The position numbers and the translations under genes were made by a program. 64,000 nucleotides of DNA from Selaginella moellendorffii (Eukaryota > Plantae > Lycopodiophyta), in the NCBI RefSeq assembly GCF_000143415.4, contig NW_003314261.1:310001-374000 (forward strand), written 5' to 3'. The notes under the pieces are model-generated. The model made no database searches, was not told the DNA's origin, and saw nothing but the letters and a program-made list of their open reading frames with translations. Shown here in pieces: positions 36,705 to 49,686 of this stretch; within the stretch, counting starts at the first letter, position 1, and each line of letters begins with the position of its first letter.

Positions 36705-39259
36705 CTAGCTTACGAACAATTCTGAAGATATCACAATACCTAAAGAAGATGAGCAGTGAGACCATCCGGAAAAACCATTGCCGTTTTGAAGTCAGAAGCA
36801 AATGAAACAGCAAACACATATGTCCCATCCTCATCTGGCATGTTATCCACAAATTCTGCCGCATTCACTATACCAATCACAACGTAAGCCTTGAGCGGTC
36901 CAGTAAACAGGGGCCAGTACCGGCCGTTCTGCCTGAATCTGGAACATAAAGAAAGAGCACAAGTAAAACAACAAGGAAAACACTTTTAACTCTACTTACC
37001 TCTCAAGATGCGAATGTCTTGTGGCCTCTGTACCCTTCCTCATCAGTTGAAAAAACCAGCCAAACTGTGCCAAATAGTAATCAGCGAAGCCTTTGACACA
37101 GAAACGAGGTCCCACATCGGGGCATAGGCAGATGTCTGGATCAAGCAAGGAGCATACTGACCTGCAACACATTCATGTGAGAAAAGAAACAGATCTAAGT
37201 CACATACCTGTAAAACTCCATTTCCAGGTGGCGCTCATACGGGGTGGTATCTTCCTCATCTTCTTGACCCCGTGAAAAGCTGTTTCGTAACACCTTTGAC
37301 GAGAAGCACTCCAAAACCCTGACAAGGAACACCTTGATTCCCAGAGCACCTACGTCTGCTACCGACAGTATACCCCTGTAGATGCGCCTGGAGTAAAAAC
37401 GTTCGTGCACTTTAGAAGGCAAGCAGTAATTTCCCCGCTGATTCTTGATAAGCTGGCCACACAGAAGTAGCTCATGGACAGCGTCTTGCATCTCTTGCGA
37501 AATCCATTCATGCGACACCTAAGATCAGAGGACATGTCAAACAGATAAAGATCTACCAAGCGAATGCATACCTCGATATTCGCAAGTAAGCACATTATTA
37601 AGGAACGATAAACAGCAGAGCGACTGTAAATTTTGTGGTAGAACCTGTATAACCTGTCAGACTATTGTAACCTTCAAGAAGCAGCACGGCTTACAATTGT
37701 ATGCTCCGACAACTGACAAGAATGATAGAGAAATCGGTCATCTGCAGCGTGTGGACGAAGTACTCACTTGGCGTGCTCGGCCTCATCCGAATCGAAGTGT
37801 CCGCAAGCCAATCCAAAATTCCCGTCATAACTCCTGGCTGCTTATCAGACAACCGGAAAATCCAATCTCGTAATTCATCACCAAGGTCTGGGAATCTGTA
37901 GTACTGCATCCATGCTAGCCATAGGTCTACTGCCTCCTCATCACTAAATTGCAAAGAAAGACCATGATCACCTGAAGGCCTGGAAAACAATTTATATGCA
38001 TAAAACCCTTGAGCAGATCAAGCTTACCTTAAGAGAATCCGATCCCTGTTGAAAGTATCCCACCCCATAGGAAATGTAGCTCCAGGGACGTCTTCTGCTC
38101 CGCAACCTGACGAAATAATTATGTTCATATTGGGTGACTGTTGCCCCTCATAACCCCCCTGCACTTGTTTCAATGTTTTCCATAACAGCAAGTCACAGCC
38201 AAATGCAGCCTGGGCTTCATCAACTAAAAGAAGCCTTTTCGGACCACCGGGGCCAAGGAGATCCGCCACCTCAACATCTGTAGCACAGGGAATTAATTCA
38301 ACTCAAAGTGCAGACGCTACACTTACCACAAGTAAGCTTGAGAAGCTCCTCGAAGCTAATGTCATTGACAAAAGCAAGACTGATAAGATAAACAGCTTTC
38401 CAGTTTGGCAAGTATTTTGCTTTCCGATATGCCAGCTGCAGGAAAGACGTCTTTCCGCTCTGAGGCGGAGCCTGTATCAGGACGGCACCTTTCTGCTGAA
38501 CGAGTTGTAACAACTTCTCTATTGCTGAGTTCCTTGGCGTGAAATACTCCTCTCTTGCGAGTAAGCCCTCACTTACTAAGCCCAGATTTAGAAACGCGCT
38601 GACTAAAGTGAGTAAAAAGAAAAACCAACGAAACAATATCAGCAACGAATCACTCAGAATGCAGTGAAAGAATGCTAAAGAACAAATGGGATAACAACAG
38701 GGGAAGAAGGCTTTGCTCAAGGGCTATCAGATCCTATAATAGCAAAAGCGGGTTTGAAGGCACGGGTGCCCAAATATTTCGCAAATGCAATGAGAAAATT
38801 TCTTGCTTACACTACCGGACTGCAGAGTGCTTACCTGCAGCATGATCTGCAGCAGAAACATGTTTGTTAATAAATCGATCACAAAATCAAAGATCCAAGA
38901 ACATACATGACAGCAAAACAATGAAAGTCATATAAACACACAAGCAAGACGAACCAACTTGCACCTTTCACAAACTTGAGATAGACGAACGCTCCCTTTG
39001 AGAAACTCAATGCCAAATGACTGTCAGTAACTTCAATCCACCGTGACTCGCTTGTATGCAGCAAATAAACATGAGAGACACCCTTGTCCTGTTTGATCCC
39101 CGTTACTACATCACCCAGCGGTGTTCCGACCGCTACATCATCAGCAGTCGCAGAAGAATGTCTCTTCAGCGCCGAAATTGTGGGATCTAGGCGCTCCCGC
39201 GCCTTGGTCACGCAATAGCACACAGTGTAACCCTCACACTCCATTTCCATTTCCTCCAT
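36705..39259 (-). CDS. Crinkler (CR-effector)-like protein: small N-terminal header + P-loop NTPase + PD-(D/E)XK restriction-endonuclease-like domain, about 9 exons
   Basis: A continuous frame can be spliced with GT-AG introns. Walker A GAVLIQAPPQSGKTS, Walker B RLLLVDEAQ, and C-terminal PYERHLEMEFYRSVCSLL...CPDVGPRFCVKGFADYYL...WFFQLMRKG...HLERFRQNGRY...AYVVI. The family assignment comes from recalled motifs. Confidence 0.75.
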
Positions 39260-39416
39260 CGCCAAAACCCTTGGGATCCAACGGCCACAGATGACCTATC
39301 ATCCATTACGTCCAAGATTCATGCATCCATTGTACATTCTCTCGCTGGTGCGTAGGACGCGCGTAACAAAAAAAGAGTCCCCTCTTCCCCCAAAGATGTA
39401 TAAACAAAACTCTCTT

Positions 39417-42400
39417 CTAGCAGTTGATGCCACACTGCTCCAGATTGGGACCTTGTACCTTTTGCAGGAAAGGATTGATTCGCACCCACAGCAGCGAGAA
39501 GATCGATGCTAGAAGGATGGACCACACCACCACGATCGTTGGAGTCCTGTTTTGCCTTCCCATGAGACCCTTGAGGAACGGGTATAGATGCACGATCACC
39601 CAGAATGCGAAGAAGATCTTGCCGAAGAGAGGACCCCAGGATTGATACCCGTTGTTCACTGCGTCCGAGATCCCCGCGGCAACTCCCACTAAGTTGACAA
39701 TGATCAGCGTCGTCGGGGGAATGAGGAGAGTCGTCCACTTGAACTCGTAGAGCTCGCCAAAGTCTTCGTCATCTGCGGACTTGGATGTTACCGTGAAGTT
39801 CGTGTCGATGCCGGCCAGCACCTTGAGCAGCCCCTGGAAGACCGCGAACAAGTGGGAGGAGACGCCGCCAATCACCCAAAACTGTTCGTTCCTCCACCAC
39901 TCATCAATACCGACGCCGCTCCAGCGGAGCTCCAGGATACCCGTTGCGAAGATGGAAAGGAACAACGAGATAAACCACAAGCTATCGAAGTTGCTTATCT
40001 GGAAAAGAAAGAAAGCTGCTCGCGTCAGAAGCAAAACTCTGAAAATCTTACCGTGGGAATGATAAACTTGTTTGTGAGCAAGCATACTGCCGGTAGAGTG
40101 CAGTATGCCACCAAAGGAATCGACGTCAGTGGATAGACAATGGTGTTGATGTAAGCCAGCCTTTGCAGCCATTTCAACCGGCCGGAATACCCATACCATA
40201 TTGGACAATGTCTGCTCAGCAAAATCTCCACCGAGCCCAGGGCCCATCGCAACACCTGATGCAGACGATCCGACAGGTTGATTGGAGCCGAGCCCTTGAA
40301 TGCAGGCCTCGCAGGCATGCAGTATATCGATCTCCAGCCGCGAGAATGCATCTTAAATCCAGTCAAAATATCCTCCGTAACTGAACCATATATCCAGCCA
40401 ATCTAGAAAGCAAACAGAGATTAGAGACAGCTGATGATAAATGTGTAGTAGTGTAGCGTACCTCTTTCCCCCATTCCGTTTTGTCTTCGTAACCACAGCT
40501 TATGACATGAATCGCTTCTTTCAGAAGAGATGCGGGACTAGCATCCTCGGGAACTCCTCCTTGTTCGAGTAAAGTTGACGAAACAAATACTGGTGATTGT
40601 CCAAATCTTTTCTCAAAGAATTTCTCAGAAGAAAGAAGAGACTTTGCATCCCCTGTACCTGAAAAAGACGAGCAATTTCTTTTTGTCAAACATATCGAAA
40701 GCAAAGAAAAGTATGGTGCGTACCTTCTTCCAAATCTTCCAACGAGAAAGCCGGCAAATTTGAGTCCGTCCGCTTGCTACTAGACTTTTTCTTCGATTTT
40801 GAGCTTGAGTCCTTGCTTCTTTTTCTTGGACCAAACAAGTTAAGAGATCTTCTAGCCTTGGTTTTCTTGGGAGGGTCATAGCCATATAACGCTTGCCTTC
40901 GAAAGGTACAACCGGTGCCGACGTAAACTGGGCCTTGCAAACCGTCCAGACCTTTCAAGTTGATCTGCAGAGGAAAAGGTTATAAACTACAATCCAAAAC
41001 GGCGCAACGCATACTTACATCGAAGAAAACAGTGTTGTGATTTGCATACCGATCATTCCTATCAATACCATCGAATCTTTGCGGAAACTGCACGTAGCAG
41101 ACACCCTTGCCCATTGTAGGATCCATCATAAAGCACATTGCTTCCCGGAGTGCTTTACTGTTGTTGATGTAGTGATCGCAATCCAAGTTAAGTAAGAAGG
41201 GAGCATTTGTCAGAACTGCTGAAACCCGAACCTGCACACAATTAAACATCAGAACTACCATGCCAGAGTAATAACTTCCTTTACCAAGGCATTCATAGCA
41301 CCGGCTTTTTTGTGATGATTAAAACCTGGTCTCTTTTCACGGGAAACATAAACCAAGCGGGGTAGCTCGTTGCCTTCGGTGTCATGGCCTCCGCTGTGAC
41401 CCAGAAACACCTGAAAACAACCTCTACATGTAAAGACAACAAATATTTACTTTTCTCGTCTCTAATACCTGTATCATTCCAGGGTGATCTCGCGTATTGT
41501 TTCCAGGCCAAGGTGTTCCATCCTGCATCGTCCAACCTTCCTCGGGCACCTTCTGCGCCTTTGCAACCATTGCGTTCACTCGAACTTTGAACTCTTCGTA
41601 CTCTCTCTGCAAATTCAAAGCAACATTTAGAAGCAGGCTGAATAATATCGCATCAAGATTCAATACCTTCATTGCCCGACGCTCTTTTACGAAACTCGGC
41701 TGCACTTTGTCCTTGAGATAGTCTATCTTTTGCGCGAAGTACATCTCCGGTGCTCGAGGCTCAATGTTATACTTCTTGACGAATGGAACCCACTTTCTTG
41801 CAAATTCTGATGTCTCTGAAAGACCTTCAAAGGTAAGCATGGCTGAACCATCATCGGAAACGTAGCATGAGACTTTATCAACCGGATAATCGACTGAAAG
41901 AATTGATAGAATAGTGTTTGCCGTAACGAGTGGGGGCTCCTTCATGGGATCCACTGTACTGACAAATATGTCCACTGCAGCGAGCTGTGACGGCTCGCCC
42001 TCCCTCTCGTACCTGAACGATCGATCAAGGCGTTAGTAGGATGCGTTTGTAGAATACCAAACTGACAACTGACCTTAGAGAGAGCCTGTCTAGATAAGTT
42101 TCCCGATTGATAGGAAACCATTTTGGAAATTGATCAAGAATCCATGAAAATGCAAACCATATCTCGCAAATAACTGACGTAAGCCACAGGCCGAAAGCAT
42201 TTGGGACAGGGTTGAGGAGCCGATAGCGGAAAAAGAATCCTAGAATGACCAGCCGAAGAACGATAACCATACGGTAGGGATTAATCTTGCTTGAAGGTAA
42301 AGGAACCTTTCGTGATAGTGGCTGTCGCGCTTCATCCATACTGCAGACAAGAATCAGTAGCGGCTCGTGACAAAGCGAAAGAAAAAGCTTACATCGGCAA

Positions 42401-43489
42401 TTCCGGGCCATCAAGCGGATTTCCATCGATATCATATCCTTTACCACCAGAGCCAAGATGGCCTTCAGTCATCATAACCTGCTTATCTTGCTTCTGTTTC
42501 CAGCTCTCTAATCTTTCCTTCCATGCGACACTCCCGTATCCATAAGAAGACGGATCTTTAGAAGGATCCATGGATCGAATTTGGACTGAAATTTCATCAA
42601 TCAAAGAGACGTTGGAACAATGCAAGCTTCCATCGGCTTACGTACCTGGAAGGTTGTCACTGTATGGAAGGGGATGAACACGTTTTCCACCGGGCCCAAA
42701 ATTTGAAGGAACAATCAAAGCGTGATGATCAGGTGGAATGACATCCACATCGCTCCCATCCTATCAGCAACATTGGTTAGAATAGACTCTGGATAACAGA
42801 AGGGAAAGGAATTCCAAAGCTACATACCATTTGCCCGTTAGTAAGAAGAGGAACAGGAGGTTGCAAGCCAGGCATCTCAATTTCGTGGTCTTCTGCCCGA
42901 CCATAGCTCATCCGGCCGTGGAGCATAGCCTCCGCTAGCTGCTGCCTGTCCATCTTGTCAACCTCGTCGTGGATGTTGAACTCGCTATCCAAGTCATCGA
43001 ACTCCTCTTCATCGTCGTCCCCTTCCACTCGCGGGCTGCCTGTCCACGATTTCCACCGAGGAGTGTTAGTGCCCTCTTGCTATCCTATCGTAGTACCCAG
43101 CTAGAGAGTCTATCTATCCATCGGCTGGGAGGATTTGAAGGCATGGGTAAAGTACCTTTGTGACGCTTGTAGCGTGTTTTGCACTGTGGGCACGCCTGGT
43201 TCCCATCCTTTCTTTCGTAGTCATAGCAAGGGCGACACACTGGAAACGCGCATTCGTTGCAGGCGACGAACAAATCCCCATCCACGGTCAGGCCAACGTC
43301 GTCGCCACAGATTTGGCACACCTGCTGCTCCGCGTGGTTGAGAGGCTTCACCTACATTCGCGGGAGATCGCGAGGAAACATAAGAATGGAGCACCATCAC
43401 CACGCACAATCACTCACCACATCTCCCCGGATGACAAGAAGCTCGTTCCTGATGTGCGATCCAGCGACGAGGCCCGCATTCGCCTCCAT
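39417..43489 (-). CDS. CesA: Cellulose synthase catalytic subunit (GT2), multi-exon
   Basis: [17 protein letters not shown] start, RING zinc finger CQICGDD...[13 protein letters not shown]...CPQC, DDG, DCD, TED and QVLRW motifs, and C-terminal TM region ending CGINC*. Confidence 0.98.
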
Positions 43490-44752
43490 CTGCCCGAAAT
43501 TTCCCCACGGCGATGCTCGACAGCCCCGATTACCAGCGGCTAGACCTCAGCTCCCCTCCATTCCTTCCCGCGAAAGAAACCCCAGCCCGCCGATCGATCG
43601 GAATGCCCTGCGCTGCTGTGGCGGATCTAGCAGCGGCGATGGCGGCCGGCGCGCTGGAGCAGCGCTCCTCGCCCTCGATCTCGCCAAACAAGACGAAACA
43701 AGAAAAATGCCCTGCCTCTGTCACGAAAACACACGGTTCAAGAACAAAAGAGAGAAAGCGCCTCTCTCTCTCTTTTTCCTCTCATCTTCTTCATACGCTA
43801 GATAAATAAAAACACTGCTAAACTTAACTAGCGGATGTTAGATTGGCGGAGGTAGCCGGAGTGAAGTGAAGACCCACTGTCCAGCCGTTGGGGGAGGGGC
43901 ATATTCGTAAATCCTCGCCAGCGGTAACTCTCGCGGTAACATCCGGCACGTGGCACCAGGAGATTGGCTAGCCGTACCATGGCATGGGATCATTTGCTCA
44001 ATGATTCTAAAGAGCTTAGCTTGCAGTGCCATTGGCATTGCATGGGGACCGCCAGCTGGCTGGGTGGACTGATAACGTCATCCATGACCATGCATGGCTG
44101 GCATTCTAGAGTGTGTGTAGAGTTTACCACCACGCAACCAAAGATCTTACAAACAAGCGGAGTGGAAAATTAGAAATTGGCCACCTTTTGACCTAATTGA
44201 CGTGTCGGCACCATGCAAACGACAAAGCAGGCTAGCTGGGTGGCGCACAAGGATGCCCAGCTTGGAGCTAGATTTCCTGGGCATTTGGGTCGCGGCCCAC
44301 TGGCAAAATTTGTCTCCTTTCCTCGCCTAGACAAAGCGAAAGAAGAGGAAAGTTCACAAAAAATTCGGTCTCTCTCTCTCGGCTGGAGGGAGATGAAGCC
44401 TTTGTTCCAGCTCCATCCTTTTTAAATCGTCCATCTTTTTCTTTCGCAGCTGCGGCCACTGACATCCAGCGCGACTTTGCTTTGGCACGCTCCTTACACT
44501 GCATAGCCAGGAAGAAAGCAGCCTTGTCTGTGCCAAAGCGAGTTTTTGCGTTGTCTCCCTCTCTCTCTCTCTTTCACGCTGAAAAACCTGTGCGTGTCAT
44601 CGGAGAAAAAAGTCACTAAAAACTTGAAAGGAAAGTGGAGTACCTTAGTAGTAGTATACAAAGAGTTTGCTTTCCACGCTACTGTACACTGTAATGCACA
44701 CAAAGTCAGCCTGCCAATGAAACCGGAAAGGAAGACAAAAAGAATGCTTCCA

Positions 44753-47430
44753 TCACCCCCTTTGGCGTGGAGAAACAAAGGCCGCTGCTTCGCTCGCTGC
44801 TTTGTCACCGCCACCACCTTGTGAAGTTTCATCGGCATCGGCAATGTGTTTCTTCGACGATGCAGTCCCCGCCTCGTTGTGCTGGGTGTTTTCACCGCCA
44901 CCGCCCTCTGAAAGCTCGGGGGAATCCGCTCGGCTACTCGCTGCCTCGTCGTCCGTCTTTGTTCCTTCGTCGTGTCTCCTCAAGTGAGGCGTCTCGCTGA
45001 ATCTGCTAGAGTTCCCGCGGCAGCTCTCCTCCCTGTGACGCTTTCTCCACATCTGGATGACATCATATGAAGGAAAACACTCAGAGGCTAACCAAGCGAT
45101 GAGACAAGCGTACGAACCAAGCGGTGCTCCTTGGAAGAGCTGCTGCTTCCCAGCGTTCGTTTTGTGAGAATGTTTGAAGGCTGCGCCGAGGCAGACGACA
45201 CAGCTTGACGCACTCTTGGAACTCTCGGAACTCTCGGGGAGCTATTGAGCTCTTGATGGAGCAGTAGCGCCAGCTGCCAAGAAGAAAGTATCACTATAAG
45301 TGAAAAGGAGAAAAACAATTGCTGGGTACCTCCTCGTCATTTAATGGCGCAGCTGGAGATGAAGCTCCTGGTGCTGACGATCCACTCGACTTAAACAAGC
45401 TTCCCTTGTCGTCCTTTGTTCTGTCTCCGCCATCTTTGCTTCCAGACTTTCTAGGCAGAGTACTACTACCATGACTGGGCTTGCTGCTCGTGTGCGCGAG
45501 TGGCGTCTTGGATGTAGTTAACTGCTTCGAGCTGCTAGGCTGAGAAGATGGAGATTTAAGTGGCACGTTGGAGCTCTTTGCCGAGTCAGACTTCTTGAGC
45601 GCAAGGGAAGCAGGAGCGACAGCCGTCTGTTTAGAGGAAGTCGACGACTTGGTGCTTTGTGCTGAAGATTTCATTGCCGTCTTCGCAGCAGAAGCAGGCG
45701 GCGGCAAATGTGAAGCCTTGACTGCAGCAGCTGGCTTCTGATTAGTTGGCGAGCTCGGGGTCGCATTCTCTCCGAATGATTTCACGCTCGGACCCCCCGA
45801 ATTGATAGAAGCCGGCGACGGAATGTCTGACTTTGAGAAAGTCGTCCTGACACTGAGTTGACAGCCCTTGTGTTCCAACTTCTTGGTATCATCGACTCCG
45901 TGAGGAGGCTTTCCAGCTTGCTGTTGCTTAACCAAGCTGGAATGATCCACAGACTCTACCTCGGGGGATGGAAGTTCCAAGGAGCTGTCCAAAGCTTGCT
46001 TCGGGAGTTCGGTACTCGCTGTTATAGGTGAAACATTCTGAGAGGAATTTGTGGGATCGCTTTTCAGTTTTTTGCACTGGTCTTCCCTCTGAGATGGGGG
46101 ACCCTGCAGAAAATCCAGCGGTAAGAAACGACCGAAAATCAAGACAAGGAATCCAGCAAAACAAAGAAAAACGAAAAGAGTAATCTCGTTGCCTTCCCAT
46201 ACCCTCTCCTCTGTACAAAACATTCAGACGGCATGCAATCTCGATCTTACTACCTCCGTGTCCTGTTTCTTTGTGGAGAGTCGAGGCTTTTGACAGTCGA
46301 CACAGACAAATGGCTTCGACGCGTTACCTGCAACAATAGCGATGCATGACACAGAAAGAAGGGAAAAGAAGAAACGTACCTTGCTCGTCACTGCTACTCG
46401 GCTCCGGTCTCAAGCACTTGCTACAAAGCCTTAAGTTTCCGTCCATGAACTCCTGGACAGCATTCTTTTTCATCGCTTTCGGGTTCTTGGGTGATTGCGC
46501 TTTTCTGTGGTGTTGGTCGCCCTTGCCCGAATCCAGGCCAGCCTTCATCTTCTTCCTGCTGTAGTGCTGCTCCTTGACATCCTCCCTCGTCCTTTTGCTC
46601 TGCGAGTTGTGCTGCTGTTTGTCATCCTTGAGTCCCCGGAACTTATACTTGTGTTTGGTGTGCCTGATCACCTCAAGCTTCTTGCCATGCCTGTCCCTGC
46701 GACCTCCGCCCTCGTCATCACCCACGGGCTGGACATCCCCGTCGACGTTGGAGAGCTTGCATTCCTGGTGCTCCGCCTTTACCTTCTTGCAGCCCCTGGA
46801 AGGAGGGGACTCCTTGAGCGCTGGCTTGCAGAGCTCGAACAAGCAGGCCGTCTCGGTGCGAGCCTCGTAGTGCCAGTTTGGGATCTCCGTGTACTGGACG
46901 TGGAGCAGCTTTGGGACGTAGCCGGCGCACTTCCACAGCTGCTGCGAGAAGACGCTCGAAACACCAACAAAGATGGAGGCGTCTCCCCCGGGGGCGCCGT
47001 GCTCGTGGACTTTGCGCGGGACGGGCACCTCGCAAGACTGTCCCACAGCCGTGTCAGTGTTCATGATCCTGCCCAAGTTTCTCTCGTCAAAACTCACCGA
47101 TTTGCCGGGGAGCTCCACCAGCAGTTGCGCCACCTCCGACTCCTCCCTCTCCTTGCGCTTCTTCTCCTTGCACTTGTCGCAGACGTAGGTGGAGACGGAC
47201 TTGGAGACCTGGCAGCAGGAGGTGTGCACCCACACGCCGCACTCGTCGCACTCCACCATCTCCTCGCCATCGTCGAAGGTGACGCCGCAGGGGCAGTCCA
47301 CCGTCCACGGCTCCTCGCCCCAATCCTCCGACTCGGAGCTCGAATTGTTGTGGCTGATGTTGCTGCTGCCCTTGTTGTTCCCCCCATTCTGGTGCTGCTG
47401 CGCCTGCGCCTGCGCATTGCTCGCGCCCAT
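44753..47430 (-). CDS. PHD-finger protein (N-terminal PHD, low-complexity middle, conserved DEELALLLHQELNSSPRVPRVPR motif)
   Basis: WTVDCPCGVTFDDGEEMVECDECGVWVHTSC...YVCDKC. About 5 exons with GT-AG junctions. The last exon is ORF 44753-45052. Confidence 0.85.
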
Positions 47431-47702
47431 CGCCAAACGCCCCTGCCCAAGCCCTAGAAATCTAGGGCAGAAGGGAAGGAGGAAGCATATTCTTTCCGGG
47501 GGTCGAATATTTTCTATCTACGAATATCCGATCCTCGACGAATATTCTTTAGGTGAATCTTTTGAAACTATTCCTTAGGAGAATCTTTTCCGAATAATCA
47601 TAGAAATGCTAGCGCTTGCCGAGTGTATCTCACTTCTGGCAGCTGTATACAAACAAAGGAGAGGATTTGTAGTAGCGATGGATGGGTGGAATCAAAGGGG
47701 AA

Positions 47703-48775
47703 TCAAATGGGAGTGGGCGCGGGATATGCGCACTTCTTGGTGTCGGGGTCCCAGACCGCGGGGAGCAAAAACTTGCGGCCATTGATGCCATAGGCGTTGT
47801 AACTGGCGCCCGACTTGGAGTCCACGAGGAGCTCGCCGGGGTGCCCGGGGAAGGCGCCCTTGCCGTAGATCCCGGCGCAGGCGGTGGCGGCGCCCAGGTG
47901 GGCGTGGTGGTGGCCTTGGTAGTAGCCCGTGCCGTACGGATTGGTGGCGGCACCGATGAGTACCGTGGCGACGTTGATGAGGAGGCCGTCCATGCCCACG
48001 TCACCGTTGGGCGGTAGCAACGGCTCCTTGTCCGGCCCGAAGAAGTCGCGCGGATGGGCAAACGGCCACGCGCACCGCCCGCTGCACTGTACGGTCGAGT
48101 CGCCCACCCAGCCGTACGGCATGGTCGGGTCCTTGGCCGGCTCTAGGGTTTCGTTGGTGTGGCGGTGGTAGCCGCAGCTCTGCTGGCAGAATCCGTGCTC
48201 CGCGACGTCCTGCGATGGATGGATCGATCAGAGCGAGTTAGCGCGATGGAATCGAGCCCACATTGAGCCCACATTCTTACCTTGGCAGTGAGGACGAGGT
48301 AGAAGGAATCGGTGTCCATTGGGAATCTGCCCGAGAAGACGTTGCGCAGGATGAGCTCCTGGGTGCCATTGCGATCCAGCTTCTTGCCCATGGAGTAGTC
48401 GTCCTGGATTTCCTTGACGACCTTGATGGCCTCGAAGACGTGGGTGCCATTGCCATCCTTGTACCGCGCGGTAACCTCCCACCATTTGGACACCGAGGGC
48501 AGCGTTGGAGCTACATTGGCCGCCTTGGCATCGAAGGACGCGAAGAAGTCCCGGACGATGGATTTCTGGGCGGGCGTGAAGCTGCCATACCACACGAGAT
48601 AGATGTCGAGCGATCCTTTCCCTGCTAGCAGCGGCCCGCCGTGGTAATCCAGGACGAGCGGCGTCTCGGGGACGAGCGCGCGCTTCAGATCGTGGAAGCC
48701 CACCAGGCGCGCCTCGCTGAGTAGCAGCGATGCGAGGATCAAGAGCAAACAGAGCAACGAGGAGGAGATCTTCAT
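47703..48775 (-). CDS. EXORDIUM-like / Phi-1 secreted protein, 2 exons
   Basis: Signal peptide MKISSSLLCLLLIL, then LDYHGGPLL...VWYGSFTPAQKSIVRDF, CAWPF, PPNGDVGMDG, TNPYGTGYYQG, ACAGIYG, GASYNAYGINGRKFLLPAVWDP. Confidence 0.93.
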
Positions 48776-49686
48776 CCTCACCCAGCTAGAGCGTGGAATG
48801 GATCGAACGAAACCCACAAAGCGTCGATCGCTGGATCGATCGATCACGTCGAGGCAGTGGATTGATGGAACAGGGAAGAACAGGGGCTCTGTTTCTTCGC
48901 TGTCGTGATAAGCGAAGGGAGAGCTCAAGTATTTGTAGTAATGAGAGTGTGAGAGAGATGACAGGTCCGTAAAAATTGGTTTTTTATGGGGTTTGAGCAC
49001 ATGCCCTCCCTGCAACACAGCTTAAATGACTCGTTTGGAGGATCCATCCGCCATAGCCAAGTAAAACTCTGTAGGTAAAACCTTGGAATTTACGTCGTAG
49101 AAATTCTTACGCGGAGGAGCACAGCATGTGTGAGGACGTTACAACAGTCCCACAAACAACCAACCAAAATTTCTGTGTCTTCTTCGTCTTCGCAGTTTCT
49201 TCGTGCCCGTCCAACTCAAGTTATAACAAAGCGCGTGTGACGACGCGACTGGTTCTTCGCAAACAACGAATTTTAAGTCCCTTTCTCGTTTGATCTTCAA
49301 GTCTCCAGTCTTAAGAAAATCCTGCAAGAGTCTCTCCTCTGTTCTTAAACAACTTCGCTGCCACCGACCATACTCGCTCGCATGTGTTTACCACATGCTC
49401 TCCGCAGTTTTCTTTTCTGGATTTGCTTCGCCCTCGCCCGGTCGAGCTTTTGAGTGGATCCAAGTTGAGAGTGTCGAGTACCTTACGATTGAATGCGTTA
49501 GGAGGTTCCAGCTTTCGTGGTCCCACAATGAACGTCTCGTCGAAACGAATAGAAAGAGAAGAAAACGCAGAGAATGAATGAGAAATCAAGAGCTCCAAAA
49601 ATACCTGTACGCTCTCTAGAAGAGAATGTAGCTATACACAGCCTTTGCCAAGTCGCAATGGCAAACTTTTATGATACACTTGCAAG

